Of a stretch of DNA of 64,000 nt, positions 26,370 through 39,738 are shown in pieces. Below the pieces are notes generated by a model, which made no database searches, was not told the origin of the DNA, and saw only the letters and a program-made list of their open reading frames with translations. Origin of the DNA: Eledone cirrhosa (lineage: Eukaryota); assembly GCA_964016885.1 (NCBI GenBank), contig OZ024743.1:303614001-303678000 (forward strand), read 5' to 3'. A program made the translations under genes and the position numbers. Within the stretch, counting starts at the first letter, position 1. The number at the start of each line of letters is the position of its first letter.

Positions 26370-26680
26370 AGTTTAAATGGCGTAACACAGAACAAAGGAG
26401 AGGCACAAAAACAAAGAAAAGAATCCCCAGTCACTGAAGAGGTCACATAATGTGTGACGAAAGAACTTTGACAATATATAAACAACTATCTGGTTGTGGA
26501 ACCAACCAACCAACCAGAAATTTATAAATTCCTAAATTTATAAATTTATTATAATAAATTGAAGTGAAAGCATCTGGTGCGTGTGTTTCTTATTGGCACC
26601 ATGACCCTCCCAAAGTATAACAATATCGGTTTCAACACACGATTTCAGATAAAGAATCTTGCTAAACAAATTCAGAAACG

Positions 26681-26683
<3 letters not shown>
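26370..26683 (+). mobile_element. Solo PLE terminal repeat, family B, with minimal HHR at 26429-26472
   Basis: Nearly identical to 30910-31232; AGTCA-CTGAAGA-GGTCACATAATGTGTGAC-GAAA-GAAC-TT-TGAC; ends in (TA)n. Confidence 0.85.
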
Positions 26684-26732
<49 letters not shown>

Positions 26733-26772
26733 TGCACAATATTTACAAAATAGATATTCTTGTGATCACTTA

Positions 26773-26839
26773 TATTTTATTACACATATTTCAGAGGTAC
26801 TGAGTTAAGTTCAACAGTACGTCCTCATCAGATAAAATA
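26773..26839 (-). ncRNA. Hammerhead ribozyme motif, type I, minimal stem III
   Basis: Minus strand: TATTTTAT-CTGATGA-GGACGTACTG..CAGTACCTCT-GAAA-TATGTG-TA-ATAAAATA; perfect 8-bp stem I, GUA triplet. Confidence 0.85.
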
Positions 26840-28364
26840 AAATGATACATCACATACCCTGACATAGTAGATGGTTAAGATTCAATCAAGGTAGTGATTA
26901 ACTTATGACAAAACTCAATATTTATACCCTAATATTGAGAAAATGAGATAACATAACACAAACAATAGAGAGGGTGCATGTAATAGATTTTAAGAAATAC
27001 AAGGCATCAATATAACAGTTATAACATTTTAATTTTTAAAAACTACTGGAGAAAGAGGAGGGAAAGGAAAACATATAGGAAGAAACAGCTGATGTGATAA
27101 TATATTTAGTAGGTGGCTTGAGAAAACAGATGAGAGATGATTAAAGAGAGAGAGACAAAGGGGAGTAATTTATGTTCAAGTTTATATACACACATATTTC
27201 TATATAATCAACATGTGTCCAGAATAATATAGTTGGCGGTTAATTTTCAAAATATTTAATTTATGTTATTTCAGGGTAAAGAATCATATTTTAGGTTTTA
27301 AAAGTTAATAGGTATTTGTATTAATATTATAATATAATTATGTTTAATTTCTAAAATTCAAATCTTATGAAAACAAATTTAAAGGATTTACGAAACACGA
27401 GAAAGAATATATATATATATAATCTGTTATATCCTCACGAAGGTAATATTTACCAAAATTATATTGACAACAGTTTCTATAAAATAATTTATGAGATAAT
27501 GATAGTTATAATTATTAAAGAATTTATTGTTAAATAGTTTGAGTGCCTAAAGTATCAACCGGCCATATAATTAAACTTAACGGAGTCAGAATTTTTAACT
27601 ATACATATGTATTGATCATAAAATACCAAGATTATAGTTTATTATTTGTTCATAGTTGAGGTGATACCTTTCAAATATAAATAATATATTATATTACAAT
27701 AATTCAATATTGCAATATAGCAAATAATTTCCTTAAGATTTTGCTCAGAAATATATGTAGTTATAAATATTGTTAAAGAATTAATGTTTTATATCAATTA
27801 TTTTCATTTAGTTGATTTGATATATACTATAATTATATAAGTCCTAGTGATAGGGGCTAGATACAAAATAAATATACAAATAAAAGAAAATGAATTATTT
27901 GTGAAATTTAAAGATGCCCAAAATTAGAAATAAATGCAATAGGGTTTTAATAAAGTATAGAAAAGATATCTCTAATATAATAATATCTCTAAAATATCTC
28001 TTTTTTATTCATTTCTCACTATCTAATTTTATATATTTTTATATTTATTTCTATTATCTTTTATTGTCTCCTACTCCCATTCGATTTACCTATTCTATAA
28101 CCTCCCTCCTCCACTTCATACACTATCCTTAGAATCTGGTGTATACATATCACTTTCAACGCTTGACCGCTCCACTCACTCCCCTATTGTTCTACAGCAA
28201 ATTGAGCCCCCCCCCCCCCCCAACCTACCCCATACCCGCCCCCACCAAATGACATGATAGACTTATTTGTGTTTACAACAAATTTTAACCCATCCTCTTG
28301 ACAACTACAATCTTCCCATTTGAAAAGTTCGGCTATTTATTCACCAGGCTAAACATTCTAATTT

Positions 28365-28424
28365 AGTCCAGAAATAACCGTCGAAACGGCTTGAGCTCTG
28401 CCGCCGGGGTCATAGTTTTTCCTA
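28365..28424 (+). mobile_element. Family A fragment beginning at the HHR stem II loop
   Basis: AGTCCAGAAATAACCGTC-GAAACGGC-TTGAGCTCT-GCCGCC-GGGGTCATAGTTTTTCCTA matches the right arm of the 31333-31448 palindrome. Confidence 0.75.
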
Positions 28425-28574
28425 TATATATGGTATATATTTTATCTAATAATTCTAAGGACATGATTTATGATATATTGCTCTGATTATTTAATTTATT
28501 AATTCTTCATTGAGCCACAACGTGACCGGTTGCCACATATATATCTATGGCTTTATGTATATGTAAACCTTTAT

Positions 28575-28805
<231 letters not shown>

Positions 28806-29339
28806 ACTTCGATATGTGCAGTTATTTTCAATTTTTGCAATAATTCTACACATTTTGAATGTATCCGCCCAAAGCCGGGGTTTCCTCCCTTGCAGGGTAA
28901 ACACGTGGGGTACTCACTCCACCATTACTACTGCATTGGAACCCGGTGGCCGACTGACAACAACATACCTGTTGACACAATGGCAGTCTTGTCGATCGTT
29001 ATACCAAAGGCTTACAACGAAAGCCGCCAGCATAATTGATTACGTTGTCACAGAAACCACCCACTGGATTCTACCAACAATGTCCAGGTAAATTTGTTTG
29101 TTAAGGTTGTTTAGCTTGATTTGTTTTTTGGCTCTGGTGGGTCATGGCTTCACAAACACTTTTTTTATTTTGTCTGGCCTCTATCTATAACGTATGTTAA
29201 TTGCTCTGGTCTTCTCTTAGTCCATTGAGCGCTTGCCGCTTATTTCGAAGATTGCTTTTCGCTTTGTTTTTGGCCACCGCCAAAATACGATCTCACTGAA
29301 ATTATATTTGTATATATATATATATATATAAAGATCCGA

Positions 29340-29600
29340 ATATTCCTATTGCATATGTTATAGTATTTGTGTGATCTAGGGAAGAAAAGCTTAGCTATAC
29401 TAGTGGTCAGGCCAGTGGAGTAAAGGGAGTTATACCACAAGATTTTTCTGGTCCGATGCCTCTTGTTCTTACTATGTATACTAGAGTTACCCGTCTCCTT
29501 AGTTGCTACTGGGCTATTATAACTGAAAGCTGCCTGGGCTGCCCCGATTGTGTTCGGAATCTTCCCAAGTGCCTGGGGCGGTGCACCCCCCGTGCAGCTA
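29340..29600 (-). pseudogene. Penelope-like element RT-to-endonuclease linker fragment
   Basis: RTRKILWYNSLYSTGLTTSIAKLFFPRSHKYYNICNRN resembles the PLE linker R.IIWFNPP.S...TNIG..F...HFP..H..IFN.N. Confidence 0.7.
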
Positions 29601-29802
29601 TTGTATGTATATACATGTATATATATATATATATATATATTGTTATACTCTGGGAGGGTCATGTTGCCAATAAGAAACACACGCACCAGTAGCTTTCACT
29701 TCAATTTATTATATATTTATAAATTTATAAATTTACAAATCTACAAACTTATAAATTTCTGGTTGGTTGTTTGGTTCCACAACCAGATATTTGTTTATAT
29801 AT

Positions 29803-29847
29803 AGTCATAGTCCTTTCGTCACACACTCTGTGACCTCTTCAGTGACT
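29803..29847 (-). ncRNA. Minimal hammerhead ribozyme motif (family B, inverted copy)
   Basis: Minus strand: AGTCA-CTGAAGA-GGTCACAGAGTGTGTGAC-GAAA-GGAC-TA-TGACT. Confidence 0.8.
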
Positions 29848-30259
29848 GGGGATTCCTTTCTTTGTTTCTGTGCCTTTCCTTTCTTCTGTCCTACGCCATT
29901 TTGTTTCTGTGCGTGTCTTGTGTGCTCAGTTTGCGCATGCGCCACATCCGCGTGTCTGTGTGTGTTTGTGTTCATTTATCTATTTGTTTATTTATTTATT
30001 TATTTATTGTTGGTTGGTTGTTTGTTCTATGTGTGTGTGTGTTTTAATTTTGTCCTTAATTGTAAGTTGTGATGTTGCTGTTCCACTCATATTTTCTATT
30101 TAATTTTGGTTGTAATTCTTTTATGCTTACTGCCTCTGTAATTTGCCTAAACATTGCATCTTTTCTGTGTGTGGATTCTATTTTTATTTCTATGTTCTCT
30201 AATTTACCCCTGTGTTCTATCTTAGCATGTTGGTAGAGCGCGGATGATTCTTTATTATC

Positions 30260-30756
30260 TTGAAATTTAGAAGGGCCCTAAATAAACATAAACTCAATAT
30301 TAAGATAGTAGAAAGACCAGGTACCTCCGTAAAAACACTTATTAGCAAGACATACCCGTTCCAAAGACCCTCATGTATAGATAAGAAATGTATAACCTGT
30401 AAAATAAGCCCCCATATTAACTGTAAAACTAGAAATGTAGTGTATAGCATAAGATGTACTGAAGGACACTGTAGAAACAAAAATAAAGTGTACATAGGTG
30501 AGACAGCCGTAGTATAGGGGAACCAATTAATGAACACTGGCGAGACCTTCAAGATAATAAAGAATCATCTGTGCTCTACCAACATGCTAAGATAGAACAC
30601 AGGGGTAAATTAGAGAACATAGAAATAAAAATAGAATCCACACACAGAAAAGATGCAATGTTTAGGAAAATTACAGAGGCAGTAGGCATAAAAGAATTAC
30701 AACCAAAATTAAATCGAAAATATGAGTGGAACAGCAACATCACAACTTACAATTAA
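30260..30756 (+). pseudogene. PLE GIY-YIG endonuclease domain, disrupted
   Basis: CITCK..NCKTRNVVYSIRC...C....VYIGET, then EH, LYQHAKIEH, RKITEAVGIKELQPKLN: GIY-YIG motifs with the PLE-type Cys/His residues; stop and frameshift near 30517. Confidence 0.9.
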
Positions 30757-30964
30757 GGACAAAATGAAAACACACACACAAATAGAACAAACAACCAACC
30801 AATAATAAATAAATAAATAAATAAACAAATAGATAAATGAACACAAACACACACAGACACCCGGATGTGGCGCATGCGCAAACTGAGCACACAAGACACA
30901 CACAGAAACAAAATGGCGTAGGACAGAATAAAGGAAAGGCACAGAAACAAAGAAAGGAATCCCC

Positions 30965-31009
30965 AGTCACTGAAGAGGTCACATAGTGTGTGACGAAAGG
31001 TCTATGACT
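30965..31009 (+). ncRNA. Minimal hammerhead ribozyme motif (family B)
   Basis: AGTCA-CTGAAGA-GGTCACATAGTGTGTGAC-GAAA-GGTC-TA-TGACT; 5-bp stem I, 6-bp stem II with one extra G, 4-nt stem III loop; about 210 bp after the GIY-YIG stop. Confidence 0.82.
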
Positions 31010-31252
31010 ATATATAAACAACTATCTGGTTGTGGAACCAACCAACCAACCAGAAATTTGTAAGTTTGTAGATTTGTAAATTTATAAATTTATAAATATA
31101 TAATAAATTGAAGTGAAAGCATCTGGTGCGTGTGTTTCTTATTGGCAACATGACCCTCCCAAAGTATAACAATATCGGTTTCAACACACGATTTCAGATA
31201 AAGAATCTTGCTAAACAAACTCAGAAACGAAATATATATATATATATATATA

Positions 31253-31444
31253 TAACAAAGGACTTGTGATGAGGAACCAGATGGACCATAACGCACCAGA
31301 GTACTCAATAATTAGGGTAGTAGATTGGGAAATAGGAAAAAGTATGACCCCGACGGCAGAGCTCAAGCCGTTTCGATGGCTATTTCTGAGTCCAGAAATA
31401 GCCGTCAAAACGGCTGGAGCTCTACCATCGGGGTCATACTTTTT

Positions 31445-31448
<4 letters not shown>
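31253..31448 (-). mobile_element. Family A fold-back remnant (80-bp tail plus 116-bp palindrome)
   Basis: Arms 31333-31388 and 31393-31448, loop AGTC; minus strand reads CAGAAATAGCCATC-GAAACGGC-TTGAGCTCT-GCCGTC-GGGGTC. Confidence 0.82.
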
Positions 31449-31482
<34 letters not shown>

Positions 31483-31486
<4 letters not shown>

Positions 31487-32100
31487 TATGTATACGTACA
31501 TATATATATGTATACAGACGTACAGTAGTATGTATATACATACATCCATGCACACATGTATATATGTAAGTATGGTTTTACCGAACGTTTATTATAATGG
31601 TCGGTTTGTTTGTAAACAAACAGCCAGAATCATTAGCCGTACAGTGTTCGCCAACCAGCGTTGCCATTTTGTTCAACACTGACAACGTAAAGATGAACTA
31701 CTTTCCAGCTTATTAGCTGTCATTAGCACCGTATACCTTCCTGTCAGTCAATTGAACGTTTTAAAGTATATACTTTCCTTATACATATTAACGGCTGAGC
31801 AGCCTAATTTGCAAATCGAGTGAGTTAGTCAGCTGGGCGTACCGAAAACGATAAATGGAAAAAAATGTAATTTCATTTCTCACTCTTAGTACGGCTGATA
31901 CTTAAATATAAGTATGTATAGGCACATACATATATGTATATAGACGTACAGTAGTATGTATATACATACATACATGCACACACATACATATGTACGTATG
32001 GGTTTACCGAACATTTATTATAATGCTCGGTTTGTTTGTTTGGCAGCCATCGTTTTCATTTTGTTTAACACTGACAAAGGAACGAGGAACTAGTTTCTAG
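31483..32100 (+). repeat. Diverged direct duplication (about 31483-31710 and 31909-32100)
   Basis: AGACGTACAGTAGTATGTATATACATACAT and TTTACCGAAC.TTTATTATAATG.TCGGTTTGTTTGT occur twice about 425 bp apart. Confidence 0.8.
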
Positions 32101-32557
32101 CTGTACGTCTGATATTAAGTTATGTAACCTTCATAAGTTAATAAGCTAGAAATGCGGGCTTTTTTTAAAAACTATCATATATTAGACATCATACCGTCCA
32201 GCCTGTTTTCCATTACTCAACCTTCATACCTTCTCTATGCCTCAGTGTCTATCTTCGTCTTTACGATGTACAACAGTCCTTATACTATTCTGTTTTTGTA
32301 TATCCCTTCTTCCTGTATCTTTCCCTTTTGGCCAAGCCCTTGCGCACTCTATAGTTGTGAAAGTTATCTAAAGGCATGTCTTGTCTTAACCTCTTTTGTT
32401 ATGTCCCAATGTGTAATAGAATGAACGATATCGACATTAATGTACTGAAACCGAAGTGATTTCCAGAGGTTGACTACGGAGATTTGATTGTCGGTCTTTC
32501 CGTTGTTTTTGTTTTTCTCCCATTGTCTATGCCCTGTGCGCTGCCTATTTTGAATTA

Positions 32558-32605
<48 letters not shown>

Positions 32606-34609
32606 GTGTGCGTGTGCGTGAATGTGTGTGTGTATATGCGCATGTGTGTGTGTGCGCGTGTGCGTGTGTTTGTATGTGTGTGTGTTTTGTGTGAGTGTGT
32701 GTGTTGTGTGTCTGTGTGTGTGTGCATATATATATAAATTCATACATACATATATAGCCGAATATTAGTCACCGTAAATGTGCAATTCTGTTTGTAAGTG
32801 TTTCATAAATATATACGTCAAATTGGATTATTCACATGTTGTACATATTGAAATAAATAACCGTATAAAGAAGATTATATTACAAGTTGTAACTAAATAC
32901 TACTTAAGTAATTCTGTATATACCATGTTTCTGGTTCTTCACAAACAATACGATGCTAAAATAATCTATTCTTAAATGAACCTATACGGCTTAAAAAAGC
33001 ACAAATATGTAAAGGATAGCAAATATCCTTTACATTAAATCTAAACACAGCGATCTATTTAGTAGCTTCACGTGTTCCCATGGGGATTTTATACGATTTT
33101 CCGCAGTTCTTGGGTCTCTTTCTTTTTTTTTACTTTTTGCTGACTTAATCACCCTGTTATATCATTCACTAGAATTTCCCGATGCAAAGCTACATCTTTA
33201 TGAAGAAAAGAACTACTTAGAAAAGCAGGAAAGTATATCACATGAAATTGCGTATTATAATATATGCTTCTGGATCATCTGTATCTTACTTATGAAGATC
33301 ATAAAAATAATTGTATTAGTAAAATTAACCAGAGGTTAATTAATCATGTTATATTCAATTAATATATAGTTAGCGTATATATCACTTGGGATCGACACGG
33401 CAATTTACTTCCCACTTATTATGTCTACAAAGTGTTTCTGTAGTGAAATGTTTTACCCTTATCAACAACAACACAGTGCAAATTTACGCAAAGAAGAGCT
33501 GTTAAGAAAATTGAGAAACACTGTTATATTTGTAATACTGACTGCACCTATCGATAGAATTACTATGAAAAATGTACACGCACAAGCCCTTAAACCATTA
33601 CTTTGCAGAATAGACTGTGAATAATTTAAGATGCACAACCTCTCACCGCCCACGGCGTATTCAACTACTCCTCTCTATTTGTCTTCCAGGTCTTCGCGCA
33701 CATATTTCCTTTTTTTTTCTATTTGTGACACATTTTCTCCTTATATTTAAGTCTGTCTAAGAATATATATCCACATCTCTCTCATCCTCTTTCCATTTCA
33801 CCGTTCTCTTTTTTCTCTCAATACATCCTATTCATATTAGCGCATCGAGCAAGCGCCTTCATCCATGTCCACGGACAGTTGACACTTCCTAGGTCACGCA
33901 GCGTATGTTGATATCATTAGTTTCCTCTTTTATCTGGAGCAGAGTGCATGCTGGCTAAATTACATATTAAGTTATGTTTACATGCACAAACGTAAGGCTA
34001 AAACAATCACAGTTACACACACAATAAATATTGTCAAAATAGGATTAACATCTTATAAAACCTGAAAAACATTCAAATTCAGATATATTGTATTAAATTA
34101 CAAAATCAACAGATGCTAGTAAATATAAGAATAATTTTATGAGAATTTGTCTTGCGTTAAATATATCAAAAACTTATAGTTACTTCCAGATTGATGGAAA
34201 ATGTGCAACGTGAAGTACCTTTGCTGATGGGTTTATATTTATCAGTGTCGAGAACAAACTAATTATAATAAAGTATTTCGTCATTCAACGCAATAATTAA
34301 ATCTCCACTTCGTAGTTTTAGCATATTATATATAAAGTATTATAATAAAACATAGGATATTCATTTCAATTATAAATGTTATAAATAACTCTTTCTAATA
34401 TTTTAACTTACATTTCCTGAATGTTTATACAATTTGTAATTTTCTCTATGAATATATAGCTATATACGGTATAACTTCATTATTCATACATAACTTACTT
34501 TTTGTAAAAAGAACCTGAATATTCAACTTAGATACATTTACAATTATACAATAATACATTAGAAGTATATTTGTTCATTAATTACACAATGGTAGAATCT
34601 GAATGTTTT

Positions 34610-34715
34610 CCTATTTTCTACTCGATTTTTGTGTAAAATCCCACGGTCGCCGTCTATTGTATTGTCTCCTACATGTCAATCCTTGTGGCCAATAAATTAA
34701 ACCATGATTACTATT
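34610..34715 (+). mobile_element. Short 3'-end fragment of the Tx1-like LINE family
   Basis: GTCTATTGTATTGTCTCCTACATGTCAATCCTTGTGGCCAATAAATTAAACCATGATTACTATT matches the 3' end of LINE copy 3 (GTCTTTGTATTGTCCCCTACATGTCGGCCCTTGTGGCTAATAAATGAAATCATTATT). Confidence 0.8.
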
Positions 34716-34749
34716 TTTTTATTACTTTTCTTGCTTTATGATCCTACAA

Positions 34750-35700
34750 GTTATCACCAAGTCACAACGTGCAACCTCAAGAGACAACAAGGTCCGTCAT
34801 ATTCAAGAAAGAACACATACACACACATGCTTCTTTAGGTGTTTAGACTTTTGATGTACTTATATTGACAAAATCTTCCTTAGTATATGGGCAGTTCTTA
34901 TTAGTACTATCCTTTATATTATTCTATACGCGGGTTACCTGGGATTTGGGATAAATAATCATTAAAACCTTTAGTTATCATTCCTGGACCACCTACAGCC
35001 ACTGGTATTGTTTTAGTTCTCAACTTCCACATTTTCCAGTCTCTACCTCCAGGTCTTTATACTTGCTCAATTTTTCAAATGATACGTTCTTGTCTATTGG
35101 ATCGGACATATCAATTAGCAGACATACTCTCTTTTTAAATTCTTTCAGTATTATATCAGGTCAATTTGCATCTATTTTCAGTCTGTTCGGAGGCTAAAGT
35201 ATCACGTACGGGAGGTAGTTGATGCTCCAATTCTTTTGATGGGGCAGGTTAAAATGGTTACATATTACCCAATGTATGTATTGTGCACCTCTTCCGTGCC
35301 TGTTTAGATATTCGCTATAGGACTGAGTACTGAAATTATATGATCAATGGTCTCTGGTTGTTTTTTTACATACACGGCATAGTGGGTTGCATCCATGTTT
35401 TATGATGTTGGCTCGATAGTTTTTGTAGGCAGACACTGATATTGTGTTGATATAATCCTGTCGGACGCCATGCTTTATGGTCTGAGTTCAAATCCCGCCG
35501 AGGTTGACTTTGCCTTTCATCATTACGGGGTCGATAAAATAAAGTACCAGTAATGCACTGGGATAATTGCTGGCCTTGTGCCAAATATAGAAACAATTAT
35601 CGATTAAAGCACCGTCAATTGCATCCGTTTTACTACCACTGATATTTAAGAACTGCTCTTTGTTAGTCTCTTTAAAACATTTTTCTGGTTCTATAGCTCC
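34750..35700 (-). mobile_element. Decayed R4/Dong-like non-LTR element 3' part with restriction-like (REL) endonuclease
   Basis: Minus translations ETIDHIIS, PDIILK, CLLIDMSDP, FEKLSKYKDLEVE..KMWKL.T.TIPVAVG, IVLIRTAHILR; interrupted by a SINE at 35459. Confidence 0.75.
35459..35600 (+). mobile_element. tRNA-derived SINE, copy 3, 5'-truncated
   Basis: GAGTTCAAATCCCGCCGAGGTTGACTTTGCCTTTCATCATTACGGGGTCGATAAAATAAAGTACCAG..GGCCTTGTGCCAAATATAGAAACAATTAT. Confidence 0.88.
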
Positions 35701-36769
35701 ATCTACAAGGAGATACTTACTCTGGTGGTGGTGGGGGTGGGAGGTGTTTCACATCTCACGGGCCTGCTGGTGAACTCATTCACGGAAAAGCTAAGGTGCA
35801 TAGAGCTTACGACATGCCACGCTTGCTTCTTCTTCTGAATGTAATAGATGATATATCTAATCTTATTTCGTCGCGCCATGAAACCGTGAAATTATATGAT
35901 AATTTCAACAATTTTGCCGACAACATACACGTAATACTTTAGCAACCAGATACGAACGGATCGCACTTCCTAGCGTTTCAACAAGGACGCAGAGACATAT
36001 TTCCGCACTATGACTACGCTCTATCTTGCAGGGGCAAAACAGCCAACTTGTGAAATGAGACCATTGGGATACGCAACGGTTGCATCAAGAAAAAGGAAAA
36101 AACACACCAGCACGAAGTCGTACAAGAGTCCTACTTGAAAACAGCTCCTTAGCGTATCTGACCATATACGATGAAAACCATCACAAGCAAAAAGAGAGAA
36201 CGCATCACTATAAATTAATTTCAAGTATTGTCTGAACATTCAACGATAATACTCAAAACCTCTTAGAAGACTACTCTCCAAAACCCAACTCACATACATC
36301 AACGGCCTATGCATAATCGTTAGCTGTCCAATCAATTATGTCAAAATAAGTATCTTATAGTTTACCATTTCAACTTGAAAAAATTGTGTCAGCAAATACA
36401 TTGGAAGCTCTATTAGGACGCTATGTATATTGTGTCAAATAACACGATCACGACTGCTACCTATTTAAAAAAAAAACACCAATAAAAATGCAACACGCCA
36501 GTTATTGAAGTAATCATAAAATCCGCGGAGATGAGCGGCTGTAGTCTGGCTAAAATGCCCTCACCTTGTAAACATGTATAAACTAAAAATCAGCAACATA
36601 TCTGTACTATGTGGTAAACAAATAAAATGATTGTAGTACCAAATGCTCCAATTTCTCTTCGTGAGTGAAGTGAAAACATAATAACCTTGAAATATGTTAA
36701 AATAGAGTGGTTGGCTTCGTCAAGCTTATCTTAAACTCGTCTATTGTAAGATAAGAATGACAAAACAAA

Positions 36770-37448
36770 ACAGCTGCAGGCTCATTCGGCTTGAATTTTG
36801 CAGACGGCATCAGACTACTTGACTCGTTTAGAATGTGATTCCCACATGCTCATGAGATGTTTACTGACGAGTGCTGCACGAGAGTAATGAAAATCAGTAT
36901 AGTGAAGACTGAGACACAATTCCTCTTCAGGAAGCCTGCGCATATTAATCGTCGTTTCATTGGAAATCTACTGAAGCTGGTGGGAAAGTTCAAGTACCAC
37001 ACGGTTCGCGAATGATGGGATGGGGAAGCCTAATTAAGAGCACAAACCTCAGGAGCTTGTAAAACCTTCAGTATTTGGTCATCAGAAGAGGGAAGGTATG
37101 TGTACAAGCTAAACTCACTAACTTCATTCTCGTTTCGTCCTCACGCATATCTATGACTATAAATCTTGGATAATGACCAAAGGAATGCGATTGGGAATAC
37201 AGACGGCCGAAAGGGGTTTCTCCGAAGAGTTTTCGAAGTGATCATACACATTAGGGTGCGAAGCTGAAAGATGATGGATTCACACTGATAATATGGACAT
37301 TTATTCAGAACGTTTAAAGAATGAATCGCTCGACAGATTTTACGCTCAAATTCAACTGGCACATGACCCAGGGTTAGACCCAAGTAAGTCTGTTGGATAA
37401 TATCTGTTTGTACGGCTGGTTTCTTTTGAGGATAAACCGCATCAATTG
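36770..37448 (+). mobile_element. RTE-clade LINE 3' fragment, highly decayed
   Basis: FADGIRLLDS (FADD-like), MKISIVKTET, KLVGKFKYH (QVEKFKYLG-like); ends against a (GAA)n tract. Confidence 0.65.
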
Positions 37449-37529
37449 GAAGAAGAAGAAGAAGAAGAAGAAGAAGAAGAAGAAGAAGAAGAAGAAGAAG
37501 AAGAAGAAGAAGAAGAAGAAGAAGAAGAA
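37449..37529 (+). repeat. (GAA)n microsatellite
   Basis: About 27 perfect units. Confidence 0.97.
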
Positions 37530-39603
37530 AAGGCGGATAGTGGACCTCATGCTTTGGTGTCATATAAACCTGAGAAAACTCATCGCTAGAACAGCCGCTA
37601 AAACAGCCAGATGCGGTGAATGACATCTCTTCCTCTTCCAATCTGTTCTACATTTCATCTCCCTGTCAGCCATCTCCTCGAGTATCTCTCTCCCAACCAA
37701 TGCTTGGATTTTCATGTTGTGAAGTTTAAATGTTTTTTTTTCATGATAAATTATATTAACCTTAACATTAGGTAATATTCTCACTTTGGGGTTGAGGGTT
37801 GGTATATTTTCTCTGTCATAAGCGGGTAGTGGGTACGCATGCATGGGAATTCTGCTGGAGACCAAAGTTGGAAGTAAAAAAATTGGCTGAACTGAACTGA
37901 ACTGCCACTGACCATATAGTATTGTCGGCTGAGTTGTTGGGGGAGTGGTAGCTAGAGAGAACAACTAAGGTTAGAGGTATTTGGGGTGGTAGTTGAGCGG
38001 TCAGACTCCCAAAACTCTGCGTCAGCGCAGAGCTGTCGCAAGATTCTGAAAGTTAGAAGGGAATGGGCAACAAAAGCAAAAACACAATTCTTTAATCCGT
38101 TCCCTTCCACCTATAATTGCCTCGAAAATGTTACCTTTTGCTCAATTTTCAATCCAATGCACAAGCGCTGGTAAATTTATTTGTGGAAGACCAGCAGTCG
38201 CCTATGCCTATATAATGTCCGGTATCCACGTCAATGATGGTATCCAAGGCAATGTCTAAGGCCAATACAGATTGGCACCAATGGTGTAGCAACCCATTGT
38301 TACAGTTGAGTATAGAGGACCAGCGTGAAGTCAAAGTTCTTGTTGATATATTATACTATACAAATTATATTCCAAGCTGGTGGATACCTTATTTGGTACT
38401 TGGAGTTACCCGAAGCAAGATAATCTTGCTGCCTGAATGATATGACTCTGCTATGTATTTAATTAAATAATACGTTTACCTGCATGATCACATATTCATG
38501 GCTAATTCCTTCGAGATTACAACCACTTATTCAGGCAAGAATATATATGTATGATATCTCTGTATAGAGTAGAGGCAACAGGAAACTAGGACAAAGTTAC
38601 ATCTGATGCATCCAGACATTCATTTGTCAAAAACCTAATTGAAAAATGAGAGAATTATATCTTGTCTGGTGTGTTTTTGTATTTCTCAAATTTGGAAATC
38701 ATTTATCGACATTGAAAGACATATATATACAACACAATGAAAGGCTGAATCCTCGTAATGCATGCAACATTAAAAATATGATCTAAGAGCAGCTGGTTTT
38801 GCACAAAAGTAAACATTAATTCTTTGGGGATGGGAATCATCTAAGAAATAACTCATTTCAAAAGGCAAATGATTTATGAATTATTTCCTTCCGCCTTGGA
38901 AGCCCTCTACTACTGGATACCAACATTCCCATTTAAGTTCCTGTTAAATTTTCACCTAGATTCGCCCTTTTCAATTTTGCTTGAATACAATATCCTAACA
39001 TTCAGCCACACGTATAATTCAAATATTTTAGAGAAATTGCCTACCAAAAGTAAACATGTATTCGTTTAGAGATATTCCTTTTCCTTTTAGTATTATTCTA
39101 AAATAGGCGTCCTAATTTTTATATAATATTAATTTATAACAATATTCGTATTTTCTGGCATGTCTTCATGCCTATGAGATACTTGTATATATATATATAT
39201 AAATATTTTTGCAATCCCTATATACTGATATAACTGTACTATACATTTCGGCATCGAATGCACGTGTCAGTTTTTCTTAATAAATTAATTTCCAAGGCGA
39301 GGGCTAATTATATGCATATTAACATTGCCTTGTCAGAATAACACAATGTGCAAATATACCAATCAAATACGTTTCGTTGCCGTTGACTAGATGGTATACA
39401 CAACTTTTAACGAGGAACCAATTAGATCCGAAAATCGTTTAAAGATGTTCATCATATTTTTCAATTTACAGAAAAATTAGAATCATCTGACATGTTTATA
39501 TGCCTACATATTAGATATATATATATATTTATACATATTGGTGAGATCAAGGTTAAACACACTGAATTTATATAGATATAAATTCATCACATATTATATA
39601 TTC

Positions 39604-39641
<38 letters not shown>

Positions 39642-39703
39642 GCATATATAATATGTGATAAATTTATATCTTTATAAATTTATATCTTTATATATATATA
39701 TAA

Positions 39704-39734
<31 letters not shown>

Positions 39735-39738
<4 letters not shown>

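Larger units (their letters stand above)
29637..31232 (+). mobile_element. 5'-truncated Penelope-like element (family B): GIY-YIG endonuclease remnant, 3' terminal repeat and an upstream inverted copy of the 3' end
   Basis: 29637-30264 is the reverse complement of 30548-31175; the right copy runs about 55 bp further; (TA)n on both flanks. Confidence 0.9.

Noticed and set aside
35880-36350. Possible LINE RT C-terminal remnant (FADN, YKS..LE-like words)
   Set aside because: Too decayed to assign by eye.
37560-38440. ORFs 37560-37964 (-) and 38234-38440 (+)
   Set aside because: No recognisable motifs; may be old retroelement debris.
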